This document shows, piece by piece, positions 62,101 through 64,000 of a stretch of DNA of 64,000 nucleotides. Position 1 is the first letter of the stretch. Every line of letters begins with the position of its first letter. The notes beneath the pieces are model-generated. The model was not told where the DNA came from and did no database searches. It was given only the letters and a program-made list of their open reading frames with translations. Position numbers and translations under genes: made by a program. Origin of the DNA: Bugula neritina (lineage: Eukaryota; Animalia; Bryozoa); assembly GCA_964035545.1 (NCBI GenBank), contig OZ037773.1:649751-713750 (forward strand). Direction: 5' to 3'.

Positions 62101-64000
62101 GGGCTTACCTCATACGTCTTCGCCGGTTCAATAAGCAGTAGCGGAAATGCAGGAGTGACAACCGTGCCAGACTTTTGGCGATAGTGGCCACATTCTCATG
62201 CTCCTTGATAATTTGCTCTGTTGCCCTTTCCGATGAAGACTCGCAACTTGGTTTTACCTAAAGCCCGTCCCCTCGCCTCAACATGTTGGAGCGCCAGGAC
62301 TAGCACCTTCATAATAAGGAAGTTTTTTTTCAGTCTTCCTTTTTTGTCACCACCTTGCTTTCCTTGTCAACAAAGCACTAGTTCTGGATCTAAAAACTAT
62401 CTCACCAATGTGATAAACAGTGTATTGTTATTAGAACCTAAGTTAGGTGAACGTATGCTCTTTGTATTTGGAGATGAAAACAGAGTTTCAGTTGTTAAAA
62501 GCTTTATTGGTCCACTCGGAGTAGGAGATACCAAGGTGAAGTTTCGGATAATCAGCCTTGGTGATAGTATAGTCCTCGAGCTCCAGCAGCAGGCTAAATC
62601 TGCTGTAGAAAACTAACTTTTGTATACTCAGGAATTTCGACACCCACCGAATTTCTGAGCATTCTCAAATCGTAGTGTCGAGATTCAAGCCAGATCCGGA
62701 AGACCAAATAAAATTTAGGCATCTGAAACATCCGAATCAGACATCTAATTTGGAATCGGAGTCCGACTCTGACGGGAGTGAACGCCCAAACCCAGTTCGG
62801 ACGTACGAACCCCTTCCGAATCAAATATCTCGATGTCTAAATTTGAACTTGCATTAGATTAAAAATAACAAAAAAAATGGACTAAAAAATATAAAGACCA
62901 CTCCCCAATTCTACTACAGTAAAAACATCGTCACTCACCATTATGGTCATGTTCAACTTGTTTACCTTCAATGATAATGAATAATGTAATTCAAATTAAC
63001 TTAATTATTATATATGATTAATATAACATTATTAATGATATTATCAATAATATTTATACTTAGAGTTACTGCACTGATTTTATGCTGTGATGAAATTGTA
63101 TAGTTGTTAAGTTACTGGGGGTTTATAAGAGATTACCGCTGCACCAAAAACATAACAGCTCTTTGCCAAAGAGTATGAGAGAGAAGATGAGATTTGCCAG
63201 TCAGATAAAAAACGTTGACTACCTGCTTATTATAGAGCCCAGGTCCGACTCTTTACAATATAATGTGACTACCAAATGTTAATTACAATAGTGTCTAATC
63301 ATAGAGACTATATCGTTACTAAGTGCAGCTTTGGTCCAACTCCCTATTTCAGGCAGTCTACCTCACTTATATATGAGTGGAATGCCTCGTCCTGGTGAGA
63401 CATTCAAATTTGGCCAAATTCGGACTTCCCTTAGAAAACTCATCAGGTCATATATCTTGCATTTATAACTAACCAATCGAAATCGAGTATATTGATACGG
63501 GTTGCTAGGCTTGGCGTGAGACATAATGTCATATAATTTGGCAATTTCTGTTATTGTGTGGGCCAGGCAAACGCACCACCATTCAGACTGGCGCACCTCA
63601 CCCATACATGAGGGAAGTAAAATGTTTTAGTGCATCAAGTGGTATTGCAGCTACGCTTGAGTTATGTTCCTTCCACACTTATATAATTGTAATTTATAGA
63701 TGTTATAATAGCTGTTGATATATGCTATATTCTTTTTGTTTATAGTTGACACACTTAACTTATATGCCTATTACTTTATTTTGCTTAAGGGTCTACACTA
63801 CATTTTTTCCTATTTTGTTTATCTAGGTATATATGCAAAGAGGTGCAGTGCAAAGTTGGTATGCTTAATTTATGGTTGCTTTCAGTAAATCCCTTATGCA
63901 AATAGCCAGATTTTTTATGTAGACGAATATTGATTTCAAGGTAGTTGAAAGTAAAACTAAAGTATTCAAACTTGATACCTATAGCTGCTAAATTCTGCTA

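Noticed and set aside
56440-63605. Additional host gene exons (e.g. ~56525-56618, 63363-63605)
   Set aside because: No recognisable protein motif or consistent splice/frame chain could be built.

Overview
AT-rich, intron-containing animal (invertebrate-like) genomic DNA, heavily colonised by mobile elements. Host genes: (1) a 5'-truncated, uncharacterised type-I membrane protein gene built from two tandem modules, each a beta-propeller-like domain plus a Thr-rich mucin stalk (+, 61-~30220); (2) MED6 (-, 31048-35802); (3) ITFG1/LINKIN (+, 46474-55302), divergent from MED6. The main feature is a 16.3-kb Polinton/Maverick-type endogenous virus (13753-30089; ~400-490 bp TIRs, perfect 6-bp TSD AGCAGT), probably in the last intron of gene 1. 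It keeps a decayed virion module (adenain-like protease, major and minor capsid, two protease-cleavable core-like proteins, packaging ATPase) and an integrase. It has no protein-primed DNA polymerase, but carries a Bcl-2-like ORF and an orphan ORF. One Gypsy LTR family has hit it twice: a solo LTR in the integrase, and a 7.1-kb provirus whose extra ORF3 (C2H2 finger, RS-rich, coiled coil) appears to be spliced. Also present: two Penelope-like fragments with hammerhead ribozymes, a near-complete CR1-type LINE, twin inverted hAT-type elements forming a ~4.5-kb palindrome between MED6 and ITFG1, other solo LTRs and Gypsy relics, and several intronic minisatellites. All calls were made by eye; exon edges and identities are approximate.
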